Source of the DNA: Candidatus Woesearchaeota archaeon
GTDB lineage: Archaea; Nanobdellota; Nanobdellia; Pacearchaeales; GW2011-AR1
Direction of reading: 5' to 3'
DNA length: 25,028 bases
Assembly (NCBI GenBank): GCA_964362065.1
Contig: CAYIDE010000001.1
Location: 1-25,028, forward strand
The notes beneath the pieces are model-generated. The model was not told where the DNA came from and did no database searches. It saw nothing but the letters and a program-made list of their open reading frames with translations. Below are positions 17,053 to 24,307 of this stretch, piece after piece. The position numbers and the translations under genes were made by a program. How positions within the stretch are numbered: position 1 is the stretch's first letter; each line of letters starts with the position of its first letter.

Positions 17053-18942
17053 ATGGAATACTTAAAAACACATCGCTGGCAAATCTTGCTGAGTCTTATC
17101 ACTTTCTTTGGAGGCATTGCAAGAATCATTAATACCTACACGAAATCACCCTCTGGGGATTCAGCCCACTTCACACTGCATGCAGTAAACTTTCTTAATT
17201 CTGGGCTGTTAGTAACATGGGATCAATCAACTTATCTCTGGTATGCTCTTACAGATATTTTCTATAGACTTTTTGGCATAACTCAGTTTACCTCGCGTTT
17301 TGCTTCTATTATTTTTGGTACAGCAACTATCCTACTTATGTATCTATTTGTAACAGAATTTTCAGGAAGCAGAAAATTAGGAATTATTTCTTCAGCTATC
17401 TATGCATTCACACCAGCATTTATTTTCCATGCAGCTGATGAACATGACATATCTGTACTTTTCTTTGTGCTACTTATATTTTTCTGTTTACTTTATGGCT
17501 TAAAGCATAATGCTAAATTTTATATATTACTTTCAGGGGTTTTTTTTGGTGTCGCATCAATGTGGAAAGCATATGTTCCTCTTTTTATTCTGCCATATGT
17601 AGGTTTTATTCTCTATTATCATCGGAAAAAAAATTTTAATATAAATGAGCATCGCAAAACTTTCCTTTATACTTTTCTTATCATTGCTTTACTCGTTACT
17701 CCCACACTTGCTTATAATTATCTTAATTATAAACATAATCAGGTTCCTACATTCTTTTTCTTAAAATTTTTCAATGGGTTGAGCAATGAAAAGACAGATG
17801 CTTTATATGGTTGGGTATCTGGAGGAGAGCTCTATCGCAATGGTACATTTTTTTCTCGTGTTTTTTTTGATGGAAGCCCAGGTAATCCTGATGATAGCAC
17901 ATCATTATTATATGGCGGTTTAACATATTCTCTCTATGCTAACGGACATGTCCTTGTTCTGTTGTCTTTATTGGGATTGATACTATTATTTCTAAGAAGA
18001 AAGAGCGATATTTTCGCAAAAGACTATCTCTTTTTCTATCTTTTATATTTTATTATCCCTTTTCTTTTTCTCATTGACGGAAATATTCTCCACAAGCACT
18101 ATGCGCATTTTCTGGCATTTGCTATTCCCGCAGTTGCTTATCTCTTCCTAGCAGTTTACACGTATGCAAGTACCAGAATGCCTTTGCTAAAAAAATTAGA
18201 AATACATCCTTATTTGGTTTTTATTATCATAATACTTTATGTTTTCTTTGTAACTTTATCCTTAGTTAATCCAACATGGGGGACTTTTTTCTCATCTAAT
18301 CCAGAAGGAAAATTAATGGACTATAAGATTAAGAATATTCCTGCAGATTCTTTAATTATTTATGACGATAGAATATATAATTCTTTAGCAGGTTGGCTAT
18401 TTAATGATCGCTTATATATTCCTGTGAGTTCAGTTAATCAGTTTATTAGCTATAATCAAAATTCTAGTCAGCGGCAAAGTGTTTTTGTATTTGCTGTTGA
18501 GTGTGCTATAGATGATTGTGGGTGGGGCACTATACACGCAAATCAACCCCTAAATAATTCTATGGAAGGATTTTTTTCTTCACTTCAAGATCAATCTGTT
18601 CCTATAGTATATACAGCATATACAAAAATATCTGGCATTCCTTATTATAATCCCCTAATAACTAAAAAAACCAGTCCCGATGCATACTATAAAGTATATC
18701 GTTTGCCGATGGAAATTGATCTCCAGCTTGCACAGCAGGTAAAAAATCAATATGAATATTTTCTTTATCCATCGGGTTATGCAAATAAAGGATTGTCCAT
18801 TTTTAAACAATTTACCTATATACCAGAAGGAGCATTTGAAAAATTATTAAATACGCTAGGTTGGACTATTTTTTATATCAATATAATTATAAGCTTTATT
18901 GCATTATTGTTTGTGATTTTTGAGCTATATGTACGTTTATAA
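17053..18942 (+). CDS. GT-C fold membrane glycosyltransferase (PMT_2/ArnT-like)
   Basis: Multi-pass membrane protein: first loop SGDSAHF, LFGITQFTSRFASIIFG, AIYAFTPAF, SGVFFGVASMWK, then a large extracellular C-terminal domain and a final TM. Confidence 0.82.
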   Translation: MEYLKTHRWQILLSLITFFGGIARIINTYTKSPSGDSAHFTLHAVNFLNSGLLVTWDQSTYLWYALTDIFYRLFGITQFTSRFASIIFGTATILLMYLFVTEFSGSRKLGIISSAIYAFTPAFIFHAADEHDISVLFFVLLIFFCLLYGLKHNAKFYILLSGVFFGVASMWKAYVPLFILPYVGFILYYHRKKNFNINEHRKTFLYTFLIIALLVTPTLAYNYLNYKHNQVPTFFFLKFFNGLSNEKTDALYGWVSGGELYRNGTFFSRVFFDGSPGNPDDSTSLLYGGLTYSLYANGHVLVLLSLLGLILLFLRRKSDIFAKDYLFFYLLYFIIPFLFLIDGNILHKHYAHFLAFAIPAVAYLFLAVYTYASTRMPLLKKLEIHPYLVFIIIILYVFFVTLSLVNPTWGTFFSSNPEGKLMDYKIKNIPADSLIIYDDRIYNSLAGWLFNDRLYIPVSSVNQFISYNQNSSQRQSVFVFAVECAIDDCGWGTIHANQPLNNSMEGFFSSLQDQSVPIVYTAYTKISGIPYYNPLITKKTSPDAYYKVYRLPMEIDLQLAQQVKNQYEYFLYPSGYANKGLSIFKQFTYIPEGAFEKLLNTLGWTIFYINIIISFIALLFVIFELYVRL

Positions 18943-18972
18943 AGGAGGCATGGTCTTCTAATTGCTAAGAAC

Positions 18973-19668
18973 ATGAAAAAACCAACCCTCTCAGTTGTTG
19001 TTCCTGCTTATAATGAAGAAGAAAATCTTTCTAAAGCAGTGGAAAATTTACTCAGTGCTGTTAAAAATAAATGCGGAGATTATGAGATATTAATATTCAA
19101 TGACTGCAGCAAAGATAAAACCGGAGTTATTGCTGATAAATTAGCCTCTAAAAATAAAAAAATAAAAGCAATACATAACGAGAGAAATAGGGGCCTTGGA
19201 TATAATTACATAACTGCTGCTAAAATGGCTAAGATGGATTATTTCTGTCTTTTTCCAGGAGACAATGAAAATGCTGTAGAATCTTTCTCTTCAATGTTGG
19301 ATAATATAGGAGAAGCAGATATTATTATTCCATATACAATAAATACTGGGGTTAGATCATTTAATCGTCTTATAATTTCTAATTCTTTCACAGTATTATT
19401 AAATGTCTTATTTAATTTAAATCTAAAATATTTCAATGGTAATGCAGTTTACAGAACTAAAGACTTAAAAAAAATTGAAGTTAAAACACATGGCTTCGCT
19501 TACAGTGCAGAAATATTAGTAAAACTTCTCAAAAAAGGATATAGCTATAAAGAAGTGGGAATTACTATAAATCCTACAAAAAAAACAAAAATATTTAGAA
19601 TAAAAAATATCATAAGCGTATTTTGGACAATCATCATGCTGTTTTTTGATATCTATTTAAGGAAATAA
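18973..19668 (+). CDS. GT2 glycosyltransferase, DPM1/polyprenol-phosphate glycosyltransferase-like
   Basis: LSVVVPAYNEEENL, EILIFNDCSKDKT, NRGLGY, PGDN (DxD-like), HGFAYSAEIL. Confidence 0.88.
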   Translation: MKKPTLSVVVPAYNEEENLSKAVENLLSAVKNKCGDYEILIFNDCSKDKTGVIADKLASKNKKIKAIHNERNRGLGYNYITAAKMAKMDYFCLFPGDNENAVESFSSMLDNIGEADIIIPYTINTGVRSFNRLIISNSFTVLLNVLFNLNLKYFNGNAVYRTKDLKKIEVKTHGFAYSAEILVKLLKKGYSYKEVGITINPTKKTKIFRIKNIISVFWTIIMLFFDIYLRK

Positions 19669-19709
19669 AAAACAGAAATACTTATTAACTATATTTTTTA
19701 TTTTTTCCC

Positions 19710-19988
19710 ATGTTAGTTAAGGTGCTTGGAGCTATAGACTTGTTATCTGCAATACTATTTTTAATGATTACGTTTAGTTTAACTCCTTTTACAATCCTTG
19801 CCGTTTTCTGCTCTATTCTCCTATTATTAAAAGGAATGTTTATCTTTACAGGTGAAGTGGTCTTAAGCCTAGTAGATTTATTTTCTGGAATATTATTAAT
19901 ACTATCTATATTTTTAACTCTCCCAGCAATTTTAGTATGGGTGCCTGCTTTTTTGCTTTTAGCAAAAAGTTTTGTTAGTTTTATGTAA
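19710..19988 (+). CDS. Small hydrophobic membrane protein (92 aa)
   Basis: Almost entirely hydrophobic with an internal duplication (GAIDLLSAIL / SLVDLFSGIL; LLLKG / LLLAKS). Confidence 0.75.
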   Translation: MLVKVLGAIDLLSAILFLMITFSLTPFTILAVFCSILLLLKGMFIFTGEVVLSLVDLFSGILLILSIFLTLPAILVWVPAFLLLAKSFVSFM

Positions 19989-19991
19989 ACC

Positions 19992-20435
19992 TTATTTCAG
20001 TATATTCTTACCAAGCCAAACACTAAACAAGTATTCTCTTCTATAAAGAACATCTTTTCTAGCCATATACAAAACATCCAAAAGAGAATGAAATACCATT
20101 CCAATAAAAATATAAAAAAATGGGGCTAAAAATAATCCTAAAATTCCAATTAAAGCATGGCTTTCAACGGTATGTAAGAAATGAAAATCGCCTTTTTTTC
20201 TAATCCCTTGGACATGCTCTTTCATATGCTCTTCTCCTTCCTTTTTATGATAATCAAATGATTTAAACAAACTCCATTGCCCTGTTTTTAAAAGGGAACA
20301 CAAGTAATGGTCAATATCAATAAATATGCTTGCAAAAAGAACAAGCCCAAAATAAATTAGAGGTGTATGAGGTGCAGCAACCCAAAGTAGCAAAGTAAAG
20401 ATTATTCCCAGCACAATATGCCATCTTGGTAACAT
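19992..20435 (-). CDS. Membrane-associated putative metal-dependent hydrolase (YdjM-like)
   Basis: Metal-ligand-type pattern H...IDIDH...FHFLHT...HSLLD among TM segments. The start directly follows the secD stop (TAAATG). Confidence 0.7.
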   Translation of the reverse strand: MLPRWHIVLGIIFTLLLWVAAPHTPLIYFGLVLFASIFIDIDHYLCSLLKTGQWSLFKSFDYHKKEGEEHMKEHVQGIRKKGDFHFLHTVESHALIGILGLFLAPFFYIFIGMVFHSLLDVLYMARKDVLYRREYLFSVWLGKNILK

Positions 20436-21953
20436 TTATTCCTCCATCTTTCTCACCATCTCCGCGAAAGCAGGTCTCGTTATCAAAATTCCTGCAAGTA
20501 CTCCTATAATTGTTGTAAAGGCAAATCCGCGAAGCATTTGCGCACCTGCCCAAAATAAAGGCAGCATAGCTGCAATAATAGTGAAGAATGCCCCCAAAAT
20601 AACAAAAAGTGCTCTCTTGATTCTTTCCTTAATACTAACATGCCTATTTGAAACTGATTCATCTATAATGACAATTTGGTCATTGACTCCTGTTCCAATA
20701 CCTGCTATAATGCCAGCAATGCTCGGAGCATCTAAATTCCAGTTGATAAAAGCCGCAACCCCCAATGTAAGAATGGCTTCAGAGACCATAGTTAATATCA
20801 CTCCTAAAGTAAGTTTAATTCTCCTATACTTTATAAAAATAACAACTGACACAATTAAAAATACAATCCCTCCTAAGAGCATAAGACTTTCTGTAAATTC
20901 TTTTCCTAACAGAGGAGAAATAGTATCAAGTTTCACAATCTCAAGCTGATAAGGCAGGCTTCCTGTTTGCAAAATAGTTTGAAGTTGCCGCATTTCTTTT
21001 CGCGCTTCTTCATTAGCAGAATCAGCTGTTGCTCCAACTTCTGAGCCCTGTATAGAAATTTCTGTAGTGCGCAATCCCCTTAAACCGCTGCTTATTGATA
21101 AAGAGCTTACTTCTTTTTCATCTATATAGAGATATAGTTTTTCAGATAGATATCTGCTATCTGCAGGATCTAAGGTTAAATTTCCTGTAAGTAAAGCGTG
21201 GCGTTCCGCAGCCTCTGGACTAAGTGTAATAGAAAAATCAAACTGGCAAATATACCCTCCATCTTGAGCAGGATCGCATCTTCGCACACCAGCGCAAGTC
21301 GCATCATTTCTGCATACATTAGTAATGTCGCCTTCTTCGCTTCTAAAAGCGCTCTTATTGCCTACTTTTGCCTCAAACTTTCCTTGTTGTGCAACCAATG
21401 TTTCTATATCATCAGGAGTTGCTCCTGCTATCTCGATAAGCACAAATCTATTCCCTTCCAAGTCAAGTACATCCCTTACAGTTGTGTCGCCAATACCATA
21501 AACATTAAAACGTTCATTCATTAAATCAACAAGCTCACTGATTTTTTCTGCAGAAAGTGTCGCATTAACAGGCTTCACTAAAGCCCTTGCTCCTCCAGTC
21601 AAGTCTAATCCAAGCTTAATCCGTGATTTTGGCAAATCAGCGACACTAATTTCCGGTGCTTGCTCCGCAAAATAGATAAATTCCCCAGAATCTGTTGATA
21701 TTGATATGCGTGTATTGTTCTGCTTTAATATAAATTCTTCTTGAACAACACGAACATAGTCTTCGCTTGTTTCAATTGTTTTTCCATTCAATAATGTAAT
21801 TATCATTCCCGGGCGTAATCCCTCAATAAAAGCAGTTGAATTATTATCAACACTTTTTATAACAACTCCTTTTTTAAAGCTCGGCGAGATAGAGAGCACA
21901 GCCAGAGCTAAAATAATAAGTAAAATCCAGACGCGAATACCTATTTTTGCCAT
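20436..21953 (-). CDS. secD: Protein translocase subunit SecD
   Basis: LGLDLTGG, large extracytoplasmic domain, LQTGSLP, IAGIIAGIGTGVNDQIVI, MLRGFAFTTIIGV. Confidence 0.93.
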   Translation of the reverse strand: MAKIGIRVWILLIILALAVLSISPSFKKGVVIKSVDNNSTAFIEGLRPGMIITLLNGKTIETSEDYVRVVQEEFILKQNNTRISISTDSGEFIYFAEQAPEISVADLPKSRIKLGLDLTGGARALVKPVNATLSAEKISELVDLMNERFNVYGIGDTTVRDVLDLEGNRFVLIEIAGATPDDIETLVAQQGKFEAKVGNKSAFRSEEGDITNVCRNDATCAGVRRCDPAQDGGYICQFDFSITLSPEAAERHALLTGNLTLDPADSRYLSEKLYLYIDEKEVSSLSISSGLRGLRTTEISIQGSEVGATADSANEEARKEMRQLQTILQTGSLPYQLEIVKLDTISPLLGKEFTESLMLLGGIVFLIVSVVIFIKYRRIKLTLGVILTMVSEAILTLGVAAFINWNLDAPSIAGIIAGIGTGVNDQIVIIDESVSNRHVSIKERIKRALFVILGAFFTIIAAMLPLFWAGAQMLRGFAFTTIIGVLAGILITRPAFAEMVRKMEE

Positions 21954-21954
21954 G

Positions 21955-22875
21955 TTAGGAAATACCTTTTTTCACTGCATACCATTTAAGAATACTTGCA
22001 TTAGTGAGCCAAGTATTAATAATATCAGCACTCAGCCCCAGAGCGAGAATAAGAAAAATCTGCCTAAAAGAATCAGGCAGTCCTGTTATAATGAAAAAAG
22101 CAGGAAGCACTGCAGCTAATCCTGTTACAGTCATGAACATCCCGGTTTTAAATGCACCATAAATTCTTTCATTTACTGTTCCTTCACGTCTTTTGAGCAC
22201 TCTTGTAGTAAGCAAAATATCTGTATCAACTGAATATCCAATGAGCATTAAGAATGCTGCAATGCCTGCAGCAGATAATCTAATGCCCAAAAAATCAATC
22301 AATGCCAGCGGCATTACAATATCTGCAAAAATAGCAAAGATAACCGCTAAACTTGGAATGACAGTCCGAAAGAGAATAAAAATAACCCCTGAAATAAGAA
22401 TAAAAGAGAATAAAAGCGCAATAATTAGTTGGCGATAAAAATTCTGGCTAAGCGCAGGACCAGTAAATTCAACTGCGGTATTTTCAGTTGTTAATTCATA
22501 ACCAAGAGCTTTTTCAATTCCAGCTTTCAACTGCTCTGGCTGTGCTGATGAATCAATAAGCACAGCCACTGGAATTCCGCTTTGAATATTAGTAATGGTC
22601 CTTATATAAACATCAGGAAACTCTGGTTTTAATGCTTCTTCCAACTTCGCAATATCTGCCTTCTCTGTCAGCGTGACAGTTGTTCCACCTGCTAAACTCG
22701 CATCTCTAAGCAAGATGTCGCCATTTTTAGTATAAAAATAACCTATGTATGCTAAGGAAATAATTAGCAAAGCTATAGGAATAACTAGCAAAATTTTGTA
22801 CCTTCTGTCATACCAATGCTTTTCTAAGCTTAAAGATAATGCCTGAGAATGCTGTTGATTATGATCATGCTCCAT
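21955..22875 (-). CDS. secF: Protein translocase subunit SecF
   Basis: DASLAGGT, FTGPALSQNF, IAAFLMLIGYSVDTDILLTTR, GMFMTVT, DIINTWLTNA. Confidence 0.93.
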   Translation of the reverse strand: MEHDHNQQHSQALSLSLEKHWYDRRYKILLVIPIALLIISLAYIGYFYTKNGDILLRDASLAGGTTVTLTEKADIAKLEEALKPEFPDVYIRTITNIQSGIPVAVLIDSSAQPEQLKAGIEKALGYELTTENTAVEFTGPALSQNFYRQLIIALLFSFILISGVIFILFRTVIPSLAVIFAIFADIVMPLALIDFLGIRLSAAGIAAFLMLIGYSVDTDILLTTRVLKRREGTVNERIYGAFKTGMFMTVTGLAAVLPAFFIITGLPDSFRQIFLILALGLSADIINTWLTNASILKWYAVKKGIS

Positions 22876-22919
22876 GTTGTATTTATCTAAAGAAGATTTC
22901 TGACTTTTAAACTTATTTA

Positions 22920-23020
22920 TGCGCGGTACGGGAATCGAACCCGTGAATACTGGTCATTTCAATATAGACACTGTGTCATTATTATGGAAACCAGTCATTA
23001 TGCCATTTAATTAACCGCGC
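22920..23020 (-). tRNA. tRNA-Gly(TCC) with a 30-nt intron at 37/38
   Basis: Acceptor GCGCGGT/ACCGCGC with A73, D stem ATTA/TAAT, anticodon stem ACTGG/CCAGT, T arm ACGGG-TTCGATT-CCCGT. The spliced loop is TT-TCC-AA. Exons 23020-22985 and 22954-22920. Confidence 0.92.
22955..22984 (-). other. tRNA intron forming a strict helix-bulge-helix-bulge-helix motif
   Basis: Central helix TTTC/GAAA, 3-nt bulges CA^T and TG^A, outer helix AATA/TATT and apical GACA-CAG-TGTC hairpin. Confidence 0.9.
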
Positions 23021-23066
23021 TCATTCATATTATCTTTTTATGGGTTTTAAATATTCCGCTAACAAA

Positions 23067-23141
23067 CGCTCCCGGCAGGATTTGAACCTGCGACCTTCGG
23101 GTTAGGACCCCGCGACTCTATCCGGGCTGAGCTACGGGAGC
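23067..23141 (-). tRNA. tRNA-Arg(CCT)
   Basis: Acceptor GCTCCCG/CGGGAGC with G73, D arm GCTC-AGCCCGGATA-GAGT containing A20, anticodon CCT, T arm GCAGG-TTCAAAT-CCTGC. Has atypical G32 and G27-A43. Confidence 0.85.
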
Positions 23142-23270
23142 TTGCTCCTGTAGAAGTTTCTCCCAATTTAAAGATATCTGAAGAAGAAATAAATTTAAAG
23201 TCGTAGAGTATTATATAAGATTAAATAAGCCTTTTTGTATAAGTAAATATATAAATATTACAAAGTTTTA

Positions 23271-23295
23271 TAAACTATAGAATATCTATAGTTTA
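23271..23295. promoter_or_regulatory. Operator-like inverted repeat at the mazEF-type promoter
   Basis: TAAACTATAGA-ATA-TCTATAGTTTA: perfect 11-bp arms with a 3-nt spacer. It overlaps the TATA box (TTTTATAAA 23266-23274) and ends 1 nt before the antitoxin ATG. Confidence 0.8.
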
Positions 23296-23532
23296 ATGAT
23301 AAGTAGTATTCAGTTAAGAAATGACGTAAAGCTACAACTAGCTAGTTTTAAAGAAAGAGATAATGAGAGTTTTGAAGAGGTAATTGTTAGAATGATTAAA
23401 CAAGTTGAAAGACAAAAGAGAGAGCAGAAAGCTCTTTTAATTGAGGGGTATAAGGAGATGGCTGAAGAAGGTTTAAGAATACAAAAAGAATTTGATACTA
23501 TTGAAGAGGATTTGGATTGGGAATGGAAATAA
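23296..23532 (+). CDS. Antitoxin (N-terminal RHH-like DNA-binding region, EndoAI/MazE-like C-terminus)
   Basis: SSIQLRNDVK...ESFEEVIVRMI resembles archaeal antitoxin N-termini. EGYKEMAEE resembles the RGYMEMAK segment I recall from B. subtilis EndoAI. Overlaps the toxin start. Confidence 0.8.
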   Translation: MISSIQLRNDVKLQLASFKERDNESFEEVIVRMIKQVERQKREQKALLIEGYKEMAEEGLRIQKEFDTIEEDLDWEWK

Positions 23533-23867
23533 GAAGGGGAGATATTTTCTTAGTTAATTTTGAACCTGCTCGAGGAAGTGAGCAGAGAGGGATTAGACCT
23601 TGTCTGATAATCCAAAACAACGAAGGAAATAAATATATCCCTCTTACTATTGTTGCACCAATAACTTCTAAGATTTTTTCTAAAGATTATCCTACAAATG
23701 TTTTTATGAGAAAAGAAGACTCTAAATTAGATAAAGATTCTACTATCTTGTTAAACCAGATAAGAACTATAGACAAATCCAGGATTTTAAAAAAAATATC
23801 GAATCTTAATTATTTAATAATGAATAAGGTTGATTTGGCTATAAAGATAAGCTTAGGATTAAGCTAG
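23523..23867 (+). CDS. mazF: PemK/MazF-family endoribonuclease toxin
   Basis: RRGDIFLVNFEPARGSEQRGIRPCLIIQN, IVAPITS, DSTILLNQIRTIDKSRI. Start taken at ATG 23523 (TTG 23517 is an alternative). Confidence 0.93.
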   Translation: MEIRRGDIFLVNFEPARGSEQRGIRPCLIIQNNEGNKYIPLTIVAPITSKIFSKDYPTNVFMRKEDSKLDKDSTILLNQIRTIDKSRILKKISNLNYLIMNKVDLAIKISLGLS

Positions 23868-23971
23868 ATATCTTAAGGGATTTTATCCGCCTGTAGGAAA
23901 GAAGTTGCCGATACTTTAATAGGAAAATATCCTCCAAGAGCAGGGATTGTCTAAATAAATCTTCTTTTTCA

Positions 23972-24055
23972 TGCGGGGAGGAGGATTCGAACCTCCGTAG
24001 ACACTAAGTCACACGGTCTTGAGCCGTGCCCTTTTAACCGCTCAGGCATCCCCGC
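23972..24055 (-). tRNA. tRNA-Leu(CAA)
   Basis: Acceptor GCGGGGA/TCCCCGC with A73, anticodon arm CACGG-CTCAAGA-CCGTG, long variable arm GAC-TTAGT-GTC, T arm GGAGG-TTCGAAT-CCTCC. Confidence 0.95.
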
Positions 24056-24149
24056 ATCTATTGTAATATCCTATAGATGTTTTAAATCTTGAGGTTTCTT
24101 TTCAATTGGTAAAAGAATAAATATTTTTTGTTTATTTTTCCCAAAAAGA

Positions 24150-24157
24150 TTTAAATA
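24150..24157 (+). promoter_or_regulatory. TATA box of the 5S rRNA gene
   Basis: TTTAAATA preceded by purine-rich CCAAAAAG (BRE-like), 22 nt before the 5S 5' end. Confidence 0.7.
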
Positions 24158-24178
24158 CCATCCCTACATCAAAAAAGT

Positions 24179-24292
24179 GAGGACGGCCATAGTCATCAGG
24201 AAATACCCGATCCCATTCCGAACTCGGAAGTCAAGCTGGTGACGTCGGTTGCAGTAGTCTCCTACAAGAGGCGAGACACCGATGCTGTCTTC
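24179..24292 (+). rRNA. rrf: 5S rRNA (stand-alone)
   Basis: Helix I GAGGACGGC/GCTGTCTTC, helix II GTCATCAG/CTGGTGAC, conserved CCCGATCCCATTCCGAACTCGGAAGTCAAGC, helix V GTCGGT/ACCGAT, helix IV GTCTC/GAGAC. Confidence 0.93.
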
Positions 24293-24293
24293 G

Positions 24294-24299
24294 TTTTTT
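24294..24299 (+). terminator. Oligo-T archaeal terminator after 5S rRNA
   Basis: TTTTTT immediately after helix I. Confidence 0.55.
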
Positions 24300-24307
24300 C
24301 TGAATAT

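Noticed and set aside
18942-18961. Strong AAGGAGG followed by a mini-ORF (ATG GTC TTC TAA)
   Set aside because: The spacing to this ATG is too short and to the GT2 start too long; no support for a leader peptide.
713-22438. Short ORFs in the track overlapping longer genes (e.g. 713-943, 3451-3711, 6707-7009, 7034-7327, 7763-8164, 13527-13730, 14414-14602, 20581-20949, 21198-21524, 22193-22438)
   Set aside because: Antisense or off-frame shadows of well-supported genes with no motifs. The poly-Pro ORF is simply the reverse of the Gly linker.
20436-22875. secF upstream of secD (reverse of bacterial order)
   Set aside because: secFD order is known in archaea, so it is not novel.
23137-23148. 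Leader GGAGC able to pair with the tRNA-Arg 5' end, or an att-site remnant
   Set aside because: Only 4-5 bp, and no longer duplication of any tRNA end was found.
24071-24078. CTATAGAT in the tRNA-Leu promoter resembling the mazEF operator half-site
   Set aside because: A single 6-7 bp match; the same word also occurs inside coding regions (near 5826 and 17261).
24179-24292. Unlinked 5S rRNA as a novelty
   Set aside because: Unlinked rRNA genes are already known in many archaea, including DPANN; kept as a feature only.
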